A stretch of 64,000 bases of DNA from Rhynchopus sp. YZ270_cl-10 (GCA_964035575.1 OZ037838.1:1302001-1366000), one strand, 5' to 3'; positions 11,249 to 23,529 are shown, counted from the stretch's first letter. The notes: a model not told the origin generated them from the sequence alone. Translations and numbers: made by a program.

Positions 11249-12456
11249 GGGCAAATTGCGATAACACGTATACTTTTTGTTTCCATTTGCGATAACACGT
11301 ACACAAAAAGTATACGTGTTATCGCGAAAAAGTGTACGTGTTATCGCGAAAAGTGGTCAAAAAAGTATACGTGTTATCGCGAACAAAAATGTACGTGTTT
11401 CCTTCTTCTAAGGTGCTCGCTCTCCATACCTAGACCCTCGAATTTTTTTTTTGGGCCCCAAAAATGGCTAATTTCGACGATTTGAGGCCATTCAAAGCAA
11501 AATTTGGCACTTTTGAGCATCTGTAGGGGTCTAGAACGCGGTTGCGAGCACCCCGTTTTTTAGCGAAATATGTACGTGTTATCGCGAAAAGTGTTCAAAA
11601 AAATGTACGTGTGACATTCAGAAGACAGGGTCTGGTGGTAAATTTTGCGTATCCCTCTGTGGGTCACTCACACTTGCGGTCATGTGCCACTGCGTGGGTC
11701 TGGGAACCAGACTTACGTACTTAAGGTGCACGAAGACAGGGTCTGGTGGTAAATTTTGCGTAGTACTGCGACGTGGTACTGCGTGGGTCTGGGAATATGG
11801 GTACCTGGTACAGGATATTTGTTGTCAAAGACATCTTCCACCATGCATTGAGGAGGGTAAGACAGTGGTCGCAGTTTGTACTTGATAGCATTACAACATT
11901 TAACTTCTCCACGGGGGTCTTGGGCCGTTCATTCGGTTATACCTTGACTAGCGGAAGAGGCCTTTTTGGTCTCTAGAATATCCGGTATTCCCGAACGGAG
12001 GCACACTTTGTGTGTTACTACGACCTGGCAACTTCCAGCAGTAGGTTAAGTAATCTTTCTTGTAAATTGTTGGATCATTATCTCCTCAGTGCATGAATGC
12101 CCCACGTGACTGGACACTTTTGTGTTTGTCATGTGGAGCTGTGGTTGCTCTTTCACGACTTTTATCCTTGTACACAGTGTACCCAGTACCCAGTGCCCTG
12201 TCACGACTTTTTCCGTGACAAAAAGTTTGGTTTCCTTGACAAACCAGGTACCCAGGTACCTGGGTACCTGGGTACCTGGGTACCTGGGTACCTGGGTACC
12301 TGGGTACCTGGGTACCTGGGTACCTGGGTACCTGGGAAAACACGTACGTTTTTGTTCGCGAAAACACGTACACTTTTTCGCGATAACACGTATACTTTTT
12401 GTGTACGTGTTATCGCAAATCGAAAAAAAAAGTATACGTGTTATCGCAATTTACCC
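11249..12456. mobile_element. Non-autonomous Mutator-like (MULE) element / MITE
   Basis: Long imperfect TIRs of >100 bp (GGG(C/T)AAATTGCGATAACACGTATACTTTTT...) and a 9-bp TSD TAAAATGAA at 11240-11248 and 12457-12465. The paralogous spacer at ~32505-32550 lacks the insertion. No transposase ORF. Confidence 0.85.
12244..12336. repeat. 8-bp microsatellite (TACCTGGG)~10 with an orientation switch
   Basis: About 10 direct units of TACCTGGG preceded by inverted CCAGGTA units, forming a CCCAGGTACCTGGG palindrome. Lies inside the MULE-like element. Confidence 0.9.
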
Positions 12457-12909
12457 TAAAATGAAAAAAGATGAAAAGTACAAAAGGGACATCCGACTTT
12501 AGTGGGAGGGATGGATGCGATCAACAAACAACAAACAACGAATAAATATAGAAGTATTTCATTTTTAGGGACACGCAATGTATAAAAGGAAGTTTCTGTC
12601 GCGATTGTATTTGAGAATGCTGTTGTTTCCTTTTGTACCCCTTTGGAAAAAGGCTTTTTACCTCTCTCCCACATAGACAGAGCAAGGGTGAAAAATAATC
12701 CATGTCAATGTGAATATTGGTGTGGATGCATCAATGCACAACAAAACCGATCATAAAGAAAGAGAAATAAGCATACTTTTCAGGTATTTTGACGATAACG
12801 ACCACACCACCCTTTACCTCTCTTTTTCACTTTTGCTCTGTTATAACCCTCTTCTGTTGGTGGAAGCTACAGACAACGATAACATCACACAAACACACAA
12901 AACAACCCA

Positions 12910-12956
12910 CACCTCATCTCCTCCCAACAGAGGTGGAACAAGAAGAAGACAAAACA
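12910..12956 (+). promoter_or_regulatory. Candidate splice acceptor (possibly spliced-leader trans-splice site) and 5' UTR of Ubl-WD40 genes
   Basis: CACCTCATCTCCTCCCAACAG|AGGTGGAACAAGAAGAAGACAAAACA-ATG recurs before copies 8, 10, 12, 13 and 15, and in shortened form before copy 4. The C/A-rich tract plus CAG resembles the cis-intron acceptors in this window. Confidence 0.45.
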
Positions 12957-14057
12957 ATGGATGTGACCTTTGTGCTGGAAGAGTCAGGCGTGACTGCGAC
13001 AGTGGAGGTGCCGTGCGAGGCGGACGTTGCAGCGGCAAAGGAGGTTGCGTGCACGGCGCTTGCTGTCTCGCCTGCGTCTGTCGAGATGCGCATCGGCACG
13101 CAGGTGCTGGAGGGGACGTGCCGTCTGCAGGACACTGCGTTTGATGCAGGGGTGCAGGTTGTGCTTGCCCGCTGCTGTTCCAACATCAAGTGTCCTGCTC
13201 AGTACAGTATCCGAGACAACGTGCCAAAGTTCTCATTGTCTCTTTGCGGAACACTCTGCGTCTTGACTGACGATGTCCGTAGTTCCTGTATCGGCTTCGA
13301 CACCGACACCTTCAACACTGTCTTCAAGTTTGAGGTCGCATCTGATGATCTCGGAACGCCTGCCATCTCACGCTGCAAGGCACGCTGCTACCTCTCGGGT
13401 TGGAGCAACTTACGCATGATTGCGCTTCCAGATGGGGAGGTGCTCCGCAAAGTCGACGACCTCTCGAGAGCAGTGTTCGCGTGTGGTGGTGTTGTTGTCT
13501 CCCAGGGTGATGACGGCGTCTCTGTGTATGACGAAGACCTGACGTTGCTCCGCTCTCTCACACACAAAGGTTGTGAGAAAGTAGCAGTGTCTGACTGTGG
13601 TGGGTGGGTGATCACTTGCTCCGATGTGGAGAACAACGCACGTCTGTGGGATGTGAACACAGGTGAAGCTGTTGCATGTGTGCCTGCGGATGGGGGGTAC
13701 GTGTCTGTTTCACGGTCTGCCTCTGTCTTTGCTGTGGGGGTGGACAACACCGTGCACCTCTATGACTGGAGTGGTGCGGCTCTTGGTCGCGTTGATGTAG
13801 GTGAGGCTACGGAAGGCATGCAGTTCACCCCGTGTGGGAAGTACCTTGTGGTCAAGATATATTACAAGATACAGGAGTATGATCGGAAATACGAGCTTCG
13901 CCAGTATGATGTGGCGAACACGTCCTGTGTTCGTGTGTTCCGGAATGTTGGCAGTTCATCGTTTGCGATATCGCCGTGTTCACGTGTGGTTGTGTGTCAG
14001 GAACGCCACTCCATAGTGACGAGACATCTTTGCACACACAACATACAACAACAGTGA
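12957..14057 (+). CDS. Ubl-WD40 family copy 8
   Basis: Intact ORF from ATG 12957. Confidence 0.88.
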   Translation: MDVTFVLEESGVTATVEVPCEADVAAAKEVACTALAVSPASVEMRIGTQVLEGTCRLQDTAFDAGVQVVLARCCSNIKCPAQYSIRDNVPKFSLSLCGTLCVLTDDVRSSCIGFDTDTFNTVFKFEVASDDLGTPAISRCKARCYLSGWSNLRMIALPDGEVLRKVDDLSRAVFACGGVVVSQGDDGVSVYDEDLTLLRSLTHKGCEKVAVSDCGGWVITCSDVENNARLWDVNTGEAVACVPADGGYVSVSRSASVFAVGVDNTVHLYDWSGAALGRVDVGEATEGMQFTPCGKYLVVKIYYKIQEYDRKYELRQYDVANTSCVRVFRNVGSSSFAISPCSRVVVCQERHSIVTRHLCTHNIQQQ

Positions 14058-14588
14058 GTGATGTCTCGCTTGGGAGGTGGCTACTGCAATTCTGGTAGGA
14101 AGTCGAGCGTCCCGCCCAGTGGTTTGTCCCAAACAACACCGAAAAACACGAGCGGACAACTTTATGTAACCGTTCCCAAAAATTCACGATGAGCAGAAAA
14201 GCATTTTCAATGCAAAAAAAATAGTGGCGCAGTTGAATAATGGGTGTGGGGTTTTCGCCGAGCGATATATCGGCATTTCAAGATCAATCCCGGCCTTCTT
14301 CACGTCAAATTTTGTTATATTTTTCTTTTCCACACACCCCCAACATGCCATACGCCCACTTTCCCTCCCTCATCCACTGATCCAGAACACCACAACACCC
14401 CACACACATACACACCCTCTTTTCTCCCTCCCCACTACCCCCCCTGGTATTCTTTTCCTCTCTCGATCTCCCCCCCTCCCCCACTCCTGCCCCACCCCCT
14501 TTTTTAAACACCCGATTTGTTACATTTACACAAAGCACTTTTTGGGTGTGCGTTCGGTGGGGGGAGTGGCCGCCCCACCTGGCCGAGG

Positions 14589-17500
14589 ATGGGACAGTGT
14601 TGCGCGAAGGGTGAAGTAGGAGGCAAGGCAGCGGAGACAGAGGACAAAGAACCTGTGAAGAAGAAGGAGGAGCCCCAAGACAACGAGGTTGTCGTCCGCA
14701 ATGGTGTTATGTACGATGAATTCTGCGACCTTGTGCTCACAGTATGGTTCTTCTTTTATTTTTATGATTGCATATTTGCAAAATTCGAACAGAGTTATTG
14801 TTTCTAACACCCGAATTTCCCCCATTTTTTCTCCTATTAATCCCTTTAATTTTATACTGCTCAAATTTTTCTTGCATCTCAATAAAACCACCAGCAATAC
14901 GCAAGCGGGGAGGTACTAACTCAGAACACCACTTACGCGGACCCACAAGAAGCTTGGAGGTACACCGCTGAGATGCTTGACACGACAGAGAAGGGGACCA
15001 TCGAATGGAACGACGTCGAACGCACCATCAACGACTTGGGAGCAGAGTTTGGCCAGGCTGTCATCATGATGGAGCTGATCGAGACTATCACGCGGTCTAA
15101 GGTCAAGCTACGACATCTGTTTGCAACCTTGGACCTTGACGGGGGCGGCAAGCTGTCTGAAGAAGAGTTTTCTCAGGGCCTGGTCAAACTTCACGGCAGG
15201 GAGGCCTCCTTCCCTGGCTTCCGCGAGCTCTGGACCATGCTCGACCAAGATGGCGACAATGAAATCTCCTGGTCAGAATTCCTCTCGGGCCTCTCCGTCG
15301 AGGACGTTATGGGCCTCCACCCAAACGTCGAGATCACCCAATCCATGGAGAAACGTCCTTCCTGCGAGGACATCTCAGGCAACGAAGCTGCCGCTGCAGA
15401 CATCCCACCTGAAGAGGACTTCACGGACATGATGACGAAGGAGGTCGAAGAGGCGGCACGGATTGTACAACGATTCTACCGTCGTAATAAGGCTCGCATT
15501 TTGATGAAAAACCGGATCTGGCAGGTGACCGTCACAGCGCTCGATATGGGGGAAGAGAACGAATGTAACTCCGATGAAGATATCACAATAATGTCTGAAA
15601 GCGTCGGAGGATCCTCGACACACTCGGAAGAGTCTGCCGACAACGAAAACGACCAGGACGATCCTGCTGCTCCAGAAGAGGATACCGCAACGCCGCAGTC
15701 CCGAGAGGATTCGCTTCTCAAGGTCTTTCAAAACCTGCGCGAACGACGCGAGCTTCCTCCCCGCGCCGTCGCAGCGTCCATCATCTTCGAGGTCTCACGC
15801 CTCCACAAACTATCCCGCAATGTTGCAGAAATTAAAATCCCCCCAAAAGGCCTTATGCACGTGATAGGAGACATCCACGGACAGCTTGAAGACGTTCTGC
15901 TCATCCTCGATGACTGTGGCCTCCCATCACCAATGTGCACCTTTTTGTTTAATGGGGACTTTGTTGACAGAGGTCAGTTCGGCGTGGAGGTTTTGTTATT
16001 GCTTTACACGATGAAGTTGCTTTGGCCCGACCATGTACATCTGAACAGAGGAAACCACGAGGCACGGCGGTTAAACGAGAAGTACGGGTTTGATGTGGAG
16101 GTCTCGGAGAAATATGATTTGCAGTTGTTTAAGAATATTACACGGTCCTTTTGTATGCTGCCTTTGGCCCATATCGTAGAAGACCATTTCTTTGTGATTC
16201 ATGGAGGGCTCAGCTCGGAGCCCGACGTTAGCATCGAAGACTATAACAAAATCGATCGTTTCCGGCAGGTTCCGCGACGTGAGGAAAGCCTCTGTGGGCC
16301 AATCGCGCTTCGCCGTTACGCTCGGTTATTTGAAGGCGCAATGTGGTCGGACCCACGCGAGGTGAAAAACTGGGAAGAATCCAAACGTGGTGCAGGAGTT
16401 TTCTTTGGCAAAGCCATCGTAGAGAACTTCCTGAAGAAGAATGGGCTCAAGAAGATAATACGATCGCATGAGGTATGTGGACAAAAAAAAAGATTGTTTG
16501 AAAAAAAAAAAACATCACACAGTCATACCAACCTGGCTACTGCGAGCACCACGACAGACAGACCTTGACAGTGTTCTCAGCATCGAACTACTGTGGAGTA
16601 GACGACAATCAGGTACGTTCAAAAAAAAACCCCCCCCCCCCAGCGTGTTTTCCTCACATTAAACAGTCGCCAAAGAGATATGAGAAGCTTTTTGCACTTT
16701 TCAACTTCTCTGTATCACGAAATAGAATTGGTGTATTTCAAGTCAAACTTTTTTCACATTTTGTTTTCACTCAAAATGCTTGAGAGACTCGTTCCTCTTT
16801 GCTTGTTGCTCAAAAGACTATAAACGGGGGGGAAAAAAGTAAAGGTTGTTTGTCACTCAACCCCTCTCCTCCTCCCCCCTTTAGGGCTGCTTCCTGACGA
16901 TCCACCCCAACTGCGAGGTCCGGTATCGACAGTACCGTGTTGCCAGCAGCGACCTTCTGCAGATCGGCAAGAACAGCAGAATGAGCTCTGGCATCTCTTG
17001 GAAGGGTAGTGCCTGTGAGGACTCGCTCCGTCGGATACGGGTATGCATTCTATTACAGTACAAAGCAAAATTGGAAGACCAAAAAATGCCAATTCTACAA
17101 GAAAATACCCACCAAAAATCCGCCAATATTTTGCCAACACTCTCCTTCAATCCTCTATTCCCCATATGGAACCAAAAATACCTCCCTACAGAACCTGATT
17201 TTCTGCCAACGGAGCGCATTGATGCACGAATTCCAGGCGGTTGATACAGAAAAGACTGGGAAAGTGTCGTCTGATGATTGGGTAGCAATCATGAACCAGG
17301 TCATCAACGACGAGGTGCCGTGGCGCTGTATCATGAACGACATTGTTATCATGGAGAAGGACGGCAAAGTTGCCTACGTTCCGTACCTCGAACGCTACCA
17401 GAACCTTATGCAGCAGCGTATGATCCAATCCTGGGTCGAGAAGATGATGAAATACCTGGGCGGCCGCATGAAACGGTTTGTGGATGAGCTCGCCCAGAGC

Positions 17501-17845
17501 ACCCCAGGGATTTCTTTATCATATTACGAGATGTGTGAATCCCTACGCAAGCATATCCCTGGGCTAGGGGAAAGCAGTGCCTACCATATAGTGTTAGCGT
17601 TGGATGAAAACAAAGATGGATTCATCGACGTAGGGGAGTTTACCCACGCATTCTCAAAGCTGGACCTGATCGACCCGAAGTCCTGCGTGATAGAGCTCTG
17701 GGAGATGGCGACCTTTGACCAGATTTCCTTTATGATATTCAAGCGAGCGTTCCAGAAGCAAGTGCTCATGGCGAACAGAACGCATGGTTCGCACGATACT
17801 ACAAACTCTACCCACTCAAACCCACTTCAAGTGTATTCTCGATAA
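14589..17845 (+). CDS. PPEF: PPEF/RdgC-type Ser/Thr phosphatase with EF-hands; join(14589..14741,14895..16472,16523..16612,16885..17040,17192..17845), ~876 aa
   Basis: N-terminal MGQCC acylation motif, EF-hands (DLDGGGKLSEEE, DQDGDNEISWSE), IQ-like IVQRFYRRNKAR, PPP motifs GDIHG, GDFVDRG, RGNHE, RSHE and TVFSASNYCG, and a C-terminal EF-hand DENKDGFIDVGE. Four GT-AG introns restore a continuous frame. Confidence 0.88.
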
Positions 17846-19319
17846 AAAAAAGGGGGGTAGAAAAGGGTTCATTTTGCTTTATTTTCACATTTTTTTGAAG
17901 AAATATATTTGAAAATACAAAAAATATTGGGTGTATCTGTATCTTTCTCTAATGTGCGTGATTTTAACTTTTTTGTTTTGTTGCTTGTCAATGTCCTTAT
18001 GCGACCACTTCAAAAAAAATCATCAAAAAAAATAAATATGAAGTGTTTCATCAGTCTGGCATTGTGCGCGGTCAGTTAGAGGTGTGCCATCAACAACTTG
18101 ACTTTTGTTTATCAGCTGTAAACCAGGAAATGTATTGTCGGACATGCATAATTGGGTGTACACCCCCGGTGCAGCCGGTCGAGGGCTTTTGTATTTCGAC
18201 TAAACTATATTTTTCTCTTTTTCTTTTGCATGAGTGGGTGTGTTTCCCCACCTTTCCTTCCCCTTACTCCCCGACCCCTTCCCCTACTTCCCCCTCCCTT
18301 TTTTTTTTTCAAAAAAAAAAAAAAAAAATAAAGTTTATCAAATTGAGCATGGCTTGCGGAGTATCGTTCCGAGAGTTCCAAGAGTTCCAAGAGTAGTGGA
18401 GTTTTTAATTTTTCAGATCCTCCGCAAGCCATGATTATGGCGCTTTGGCTTGTTTCCACAAGCCAGCAAAAAAAGCTTAGACCAAATTGGAGTGTGGGGG
18501 GGGTTGGGGTATTCTGGGGAAAAAGTAAATACATAGAAACACAATATCGAGGTGGCAGTTGCTCCAGGCAAAAGGGGGAAAATGTCTGGAGAAGTTGTAA
18601 AGAATAAAAAATGAAAGTCGTGAACAGGAAGTACTTTTTCCAATGTACTCCTTTATTTTGCAAAACCTCACGGGGGAAAGCCAAAAAATGTGTACCAGAC
18701 TCATTTCTTCTTTTCCCAGTTTTCCCTCTCTGTTTTTTTTTATTTTTTTCTTTTTTTGAAATTTTCAACTTTACTTTCGTTCCCCTTATAATCTTTCGGC
18801 TTTGTGTCAAAAATGGTGCCCACTCCACCCAAAAGGAGCCGATATTTCCATTTTCTGGAATACATACACATTTTTAGCTATTTATTAGCAACAAATATTT
18901 TGGACATTATTTTCACTGAATTATACAAGATGAGGACGACTGATTCGGGACATGAAATAATGGCCCATAATGTTGCCTGATATGCAAAATAATTCCCATT
19001 TTTTTTTATTTCAAAGCTCTCTGAGCTCTCTGACAAGAATAGAATAAAAGAAGTAAAATGATAAAAGCAGGTTACCAGCAAAACAGCCTTTCTCCCCCAA
19101 TATTTTCTCTCCCTTTCCCCCCAAAAAAAACACCCCCGTTGCGAAAAAAAACCCGATTTTTTTGATATCTGCAACAATTGAAGATAACCGCTGGCAATGT
19201 CATTTTTCCTTTTTTTTTCTTCTTTGGGCATAGCAAACCCCTTCTTATAAAACACCACCTTTGCATTGCGCTTTCTCTTCCAGCATCTTCACCCTTCCTT
19301 AGGAATACACACCAATAAA

Positions 19320-19913
19320 ATGGGTCCGGACATCACTTTTTTTATCCCGCTTTTTGTGTTTGTGGGGTTCTTGGTGACATGCATACTGATATTTGCATGC
19401 TGTCAATGCCACAGGAGGAGCCAGTACCACCAGCACCACCATCATTCTCCATTGCTCCAGGTTCGAACCGCACCACCGGCGCAGGCTGGGTGGGACGACG
19501 TTCCCGCGCCCTCTTACATGCGATGCCCGATCACCACCCAACTAATCCGCGATCCTGTGTCATGTACGTGTGGACACAACTTTGAGAGGTCGTACCTAAT
19601 TGAGCAGGTCCGGAAGTACCAAAGGTGTCCCGTCTCTTCGCAGACCCTTGCAGAAATGGAGGTGCGGGAAAATGAAAACTTACGACTAGAAATTCAACGG
19701 CATGTGTCCGCATACCAGGCGGCTACGACTCAGTTCGGCCCTCCGCCTGCACAACAACAGATGTACGCCGCGCCGAATATGGGTGTGGGTGCGTACGGTG
19801 GGGGAGAAGGAGGAGGAGGTGCCATGCCTAACCTAGGCCAAACCCCAGCACCCCTCCCCACGGCGCCCCCCATGTCTGCCTTGCAGCCGAAAGCCGATCC
19901 GGAATTGATATGA
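19320..19913 (+). CDS. Single-pass membrane protein with a U-box domain (putative E3 ligase)
   Basis: Hydrophobic N-terminal segment, then a U-box pattern CPITTQLIRDPV...GHNFERSYL...CPVS...NENLRLEI and a Pro/Gln-rich tail. Confidence 0.8.
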   Translation: MGPDITFFIPLFVFVGFLVTCILIFACCQCHRRSQYHQHHHHSPLLQVRTAPPAQAGWDDVPAPSYMRCPITTQLIRDPVSCTCGHNFERSYLIEQVRKYQRCPVSSQTLAEMEVRENENLRLEIQRHVSAYQAATTQFGPPPAQQQMYAAPNMGVGAYGGGEGGGGAMPNLGQTPAPLPTAPPMSALQPKADPELI

Positions 19914-20321
19914 AAAAAAGGATCGATGTGTAAAGTACGCCCCTTTCAGGCAAAGATGGTTGCGCTTCCATCCGGATGGAGTATCTATTATGGACTTATG
20001 GGTCAGTCGAGAGGGGTTAGTGTAGAGTTCCGCACCTTGTGATTTGTTTTTTTTGGTCATGAAACGTATTTTGGGGGGGTTTTTTTATCTGTTATTTTAG
20101 TTCGTTCTCAGTATTCTTTTGAGGTTGGCTTAATACTATTGGTTCATCTTCTCATTCTATAGTGTGCGTCCCATAGGCGTTTATAGCACTATCAACTTCA
20201 CTTTTTTTTTTCGAAGGTGTCAGGACTCAGGAATCCGAAGAGTCAGGATCTTCTTACAATAAAAAATCCCACATTTTTTTTTGTGTCTTTGCAATCCTGT
20301 TGAATTCGCTCAATATTTTTT

Positions 20322-20470
20322 TTGTATACAAACGTACGAAGCGGTACGCGTACGGTTGTAAGGAAATAATACAAGCCGAAATGTTTGGGTGTCTTCGGCT
20401 CGAATGATTGAAATTGTGTGGGGATGCGTCCAATGAAAATCACTTCGTATAGAAGAAAGAATGTAGGTTT
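20322..20470 (+). repeat. Dispersed ~150-bp repeat; another copy at ~61732-61875 and a partial one at ~61888-61992
   Basis: Shared TACGAAGCGGTACG...ACAAGCCGAAATGTTTGG.TGTCTTCGGCTCGAATGATTGAAATTGTGTG...CACTTCGTATAGAAG. Confidence 0.8.
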
Positions 20471-21740
20471 CGTTATTTTCTTTGACTATGGATATGCATG
20501 TCACAATATGCTGATCTTTATGACGGCGATGAAACCCGAGGGCTCAGAATCATTTCTCACCCATTTTTTCTCCCAAAAAAATCTTTTTAATTGGAGTGGT
20601 GTGCACACAGTGCATTGTCATCTTCTTCAGGTCTTCATATTGGACAGCACCGTTGTACAACATCCGTGTGTGATGAAGTGATTCCTCCGTAGTCCGATAA
20701 TTAACCAGGCGGAAAAACCAGTGTGTTTAGCACTTTTCAACAATTTTATTTTATTTTCAATTTGGTGACCTAAGCAACGAAAGGCTTAGGTTCATCTTAT
20801 TTCACCCAGATTTTTTTTTGATCTTAAGCCCTGACTCGGTTAATTTTTTTTTTTTTCGTTTTGTTATGTCAAAAATTTCTCTTTTTTCCGTTCAAATCGA
20901 AAAAAAAAATGGTGCCAACATTGTTTGGGCTTCTACCCTGTTTCCCCCCCCCCCCCCCCCACCTTCCCTCATATATTCGTTTATATTCACACCCCCCTTC
21001 CTCAAATATTTTTAGTTTCCGCTGCGCTGCAATATTTGGTCTGGTACTCAAAACAGCCTAGTACTCTAGTGGTCTGCGGCAACACCCAACATGCTTCTCT
21101 TATTAATGTGGGGGCTGGATCATAGTACGTGGTGCCAGTTGGATGGGTGCTTTGCACTGAAACAAAAATGTGATGTTGTCGGCAAGCCTTCACCTTCCCT
21201 CATAACCTTGCCAAACAGTTTTCTCTCATGAGTTTTTTTTTTGTCTTTCATTTTTTGCCCAATTTCACGGCCTGCGGCACATCCTGATCACACAGTATGT
21301 ATTGGCAGGATTCGCCTTCGATATCGTGTGGGGTAGCGTATCAGCTAAACAAAAAGCATACGGGAGGGAATTATTTTGCAAAACAACTTTCTATTATTCA
21401 ACACTTTTTTCAACACAAAAAAAAAATCTTCACCACCCCAAATTTTTTTTTGTATTTTTGCGCTGCGATCACACCATGAGAGCCCCCATCACGCAGACAC
21501 CCTCCAGTGGTCTATACTCCGTTCACATCACCCACGCTAAATCTATCAAACACACACACACACACACCCTTTGGGGCCATATTCTGTGCAAGAATCGCCC
21601 CTATTTAATAATTAGTATTCAAAAACGCACACCCTCCAGTGGTCTATACTCCGTTCTATCCCCACGTTGTATTGTTGCCCACTCTAAATCTATCAAACAT
21701 ACGCACACACCCCCGCAGGCCTCATATCTTATATCAAACA

Positions 21741-23120
21741 ATGCAAGCACGTATTGCTGTTTGCGCAGCAATTCTGTTCGCAGCGCATGCCTGCGAGCTC
21801 CACAAGCTGCCCGGTGTGAAGAGCTACACCACCTTCCACAAGGCTGCCGACCCCACCAAGACACGCATCGACGCTGACCTGCTCATCCCCGGCCGTGGCG
21901 ACCCCATCAAGAACGCCACCATCGTCTTCGACACTAAGATCCTCTACGTCGGTTCAAGACTTCCCCCGGACGAGACGCCCACCTTCACCCTCCCTGTCGT
22001 CATGCCCGGTATGTGGGACACCCACACCCACTTCAGCGGTTACAGCTGCCACGAGGCCTGGGGGAAGATCCAGAAGACGCAACCTGTGTTTGGCGACATC
22101 GGGCAGGGGTGGTATCCACGCAACTACGAGAACTTTGCCTGCGCGCTGAAAGACATGAAGGACGTCCTCGATGCTGGAGTGACCAGCGTTAGAGAGCTTG
22201 GAGGCACTTACGGACAGCCGTTGAACCACATTGAGCAGAGCGGGTTGTTCCCGGGCCCGCACTTCCACTATGCATCCCGCGCTATTGGCATGACAGGTGG
22301 ACATTCGGACCTCCAAATGATGGACTTAACTGCAGAGCAGGCACCACAGTACGAGACCTTTGGAGCCTTCTGCGACGGTCCTGCTGAGTGCATCAAACGG
22401 ACCCGCGAGCAGATCAGAGCTCAGGCCGATGTCATCAAGATCATGACAACCGGAGGTGTCCTCAGTGCCTTCGACCAGCCCACCGATGAGGAGCTGAGCG
22501 CAGACGAGATCCTTGCCGTCACACAAGAAGCCGCACGCTCCCGCAGGGTCGTCGCAGCCCATGCCCACGGCCTGGGAGGTATCCTCTCGGCCGCGAACAA
22601 CGGAGTCTTCACCCTCGAGCACGGAAGCTACATGGACGAAGCTGCTGCCCGCGTGGTCAAGGATAAGGGCATGCAGTACCACCCTACCTGCGTCATCACG
22701 CAGACCTTCAACCAAACCGTGAAGCCGGCTATCTACGATGACGATCAATGGGCAAAGGGGCAGGCACTCCTCAAGGCCCATCGTGCGGCTGTGCAGTTCG
22801 CGATTAGCGCAAACATTACGATTGCAACCGGAACAGATTGTCCGGCTGGAGACTGCACCCAGGCAGGCACTGAGGCATACCTGCTGCACACACTCTACGG
22901 GATGACACCACTGCAAGCCATCGAGGCTGCCACCGCAAACGGGCCCAGCTCGCTCGGCAAGCTTGGCATGGCGCCTCAGACAGGCCAGCTCCTGACAGGC
23001 TACGATGCTGATATCATTGGCCTCGTGAGCTCCCCCATCAACGACATGGCAGTGCTGCGTGACAGCCGCGACACCGTCAGCCACGTATGGAAGATGGGTC
23101 AAATCCACAAAGGAGCGTGA
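21741..23120 (+). CDS. Secreted metal-dependent amidohydrolase (Xaa-Pro dipeptidase/ochratoxinase-like)
   Basis: Signal-peptide-like start MQARIAVCAAILFAAHA, then PGMWDTHTH (HxH), GVTSVRELG, GGHSD, KIMTTGGVLS, AAHAHG, EHG and GTD motifs. Intronless. Confidence 0.88.
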   Translation: MQARIAVCAAILFAAHACELHKLPGVKSYTTFHKAADPTKTRIDADLLIPGRGDPIKNATIVFDTKILYVGSRLPPDETPTFTLPVVMPGMWDTHTHFSGYSCHEAWGKIQKTQPVFGDIGQGWYPRNYENFACALKDMKDVLDAGVTSVRELGGTYGQPLNHIEQSGLFPGPHFHYASRAIGMTGGHSDLQMMDLTAEQAPQYETFGAFCDGPAECIKRTREQIRAQADVIKIMTTGGVLSAFDQPTDEELSADEILAVTQEAARSRRVVAAHAHGLGGILSAANNGVFTLEHGSYMDEAAARVVKDKGMQYHPTCVITQTFNQTVKPAIYDDDQWAKGQALLKAHRAAVQFAISANITIATGTDCPAGDCTQAGTEAYLLHTLYGMTPLQAIEAATANGPSSLGKLGMAPQTGQLLTGYDADIIGLVSSPINDMAVLRDSRDTVSHVWKMGQIHKGA

Positions 23121-23303
23121 TAGCTGACGTATTCACCAACAACAAAAAAAGGAAAAAGGAAAAAGGAAAAAACAAAAAAGTAAAGAGCTGAGAGATATAG
23201 CCAAGTATTGTTTGTTTTGGAGTGTCAGTGTCAGCGTGGCGTTTGCACTATCAACTTCACTTTTTTTTTCAAGATGGATTCAGGTTAGGTTCATCTCTGT
23301 ACA

Positions 23304-23529
23304 TTTTTTTTTGAGACAACTGCCTTGCAAAGGTTGTAGGGGAGGAAATGAAAACATATCTGAGTGTGCCCGAATTTTTTGGTGAGAGCGACTGTAAACA
23401 CGACACAAACTTATTCACAGAAAAAGTTTTTGAATTTGTCCCTACACACTCCACAAAAATTCGGTGCGATCAGCGAAAACTTCTTTTTTCTGATTTCGTT
23501 TCTTTATCAGACTAACTAAAAACTCGGAT
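23304..23529 (+). repeat. Dispersed ~225-bp repeat; second copy at ~54145-54367
   Basis: Near-identical GAGACAACTGCCTTGCAAAGGTTGTAGG...CCCGAATTTTTTGGTGAGAG...CTACACACTCCACAAAAATTCGGTGCGA...AACTCGGAT. Both copies lie ~200 bp downstream of a gene. Confidence 0.85.

Noticed and set aside
12086..12502. ORFs with PGYLGTWV / PRYPGTQV repeats
   Set aside because: Translation of the 8-bp microsatellite inside the MITE.
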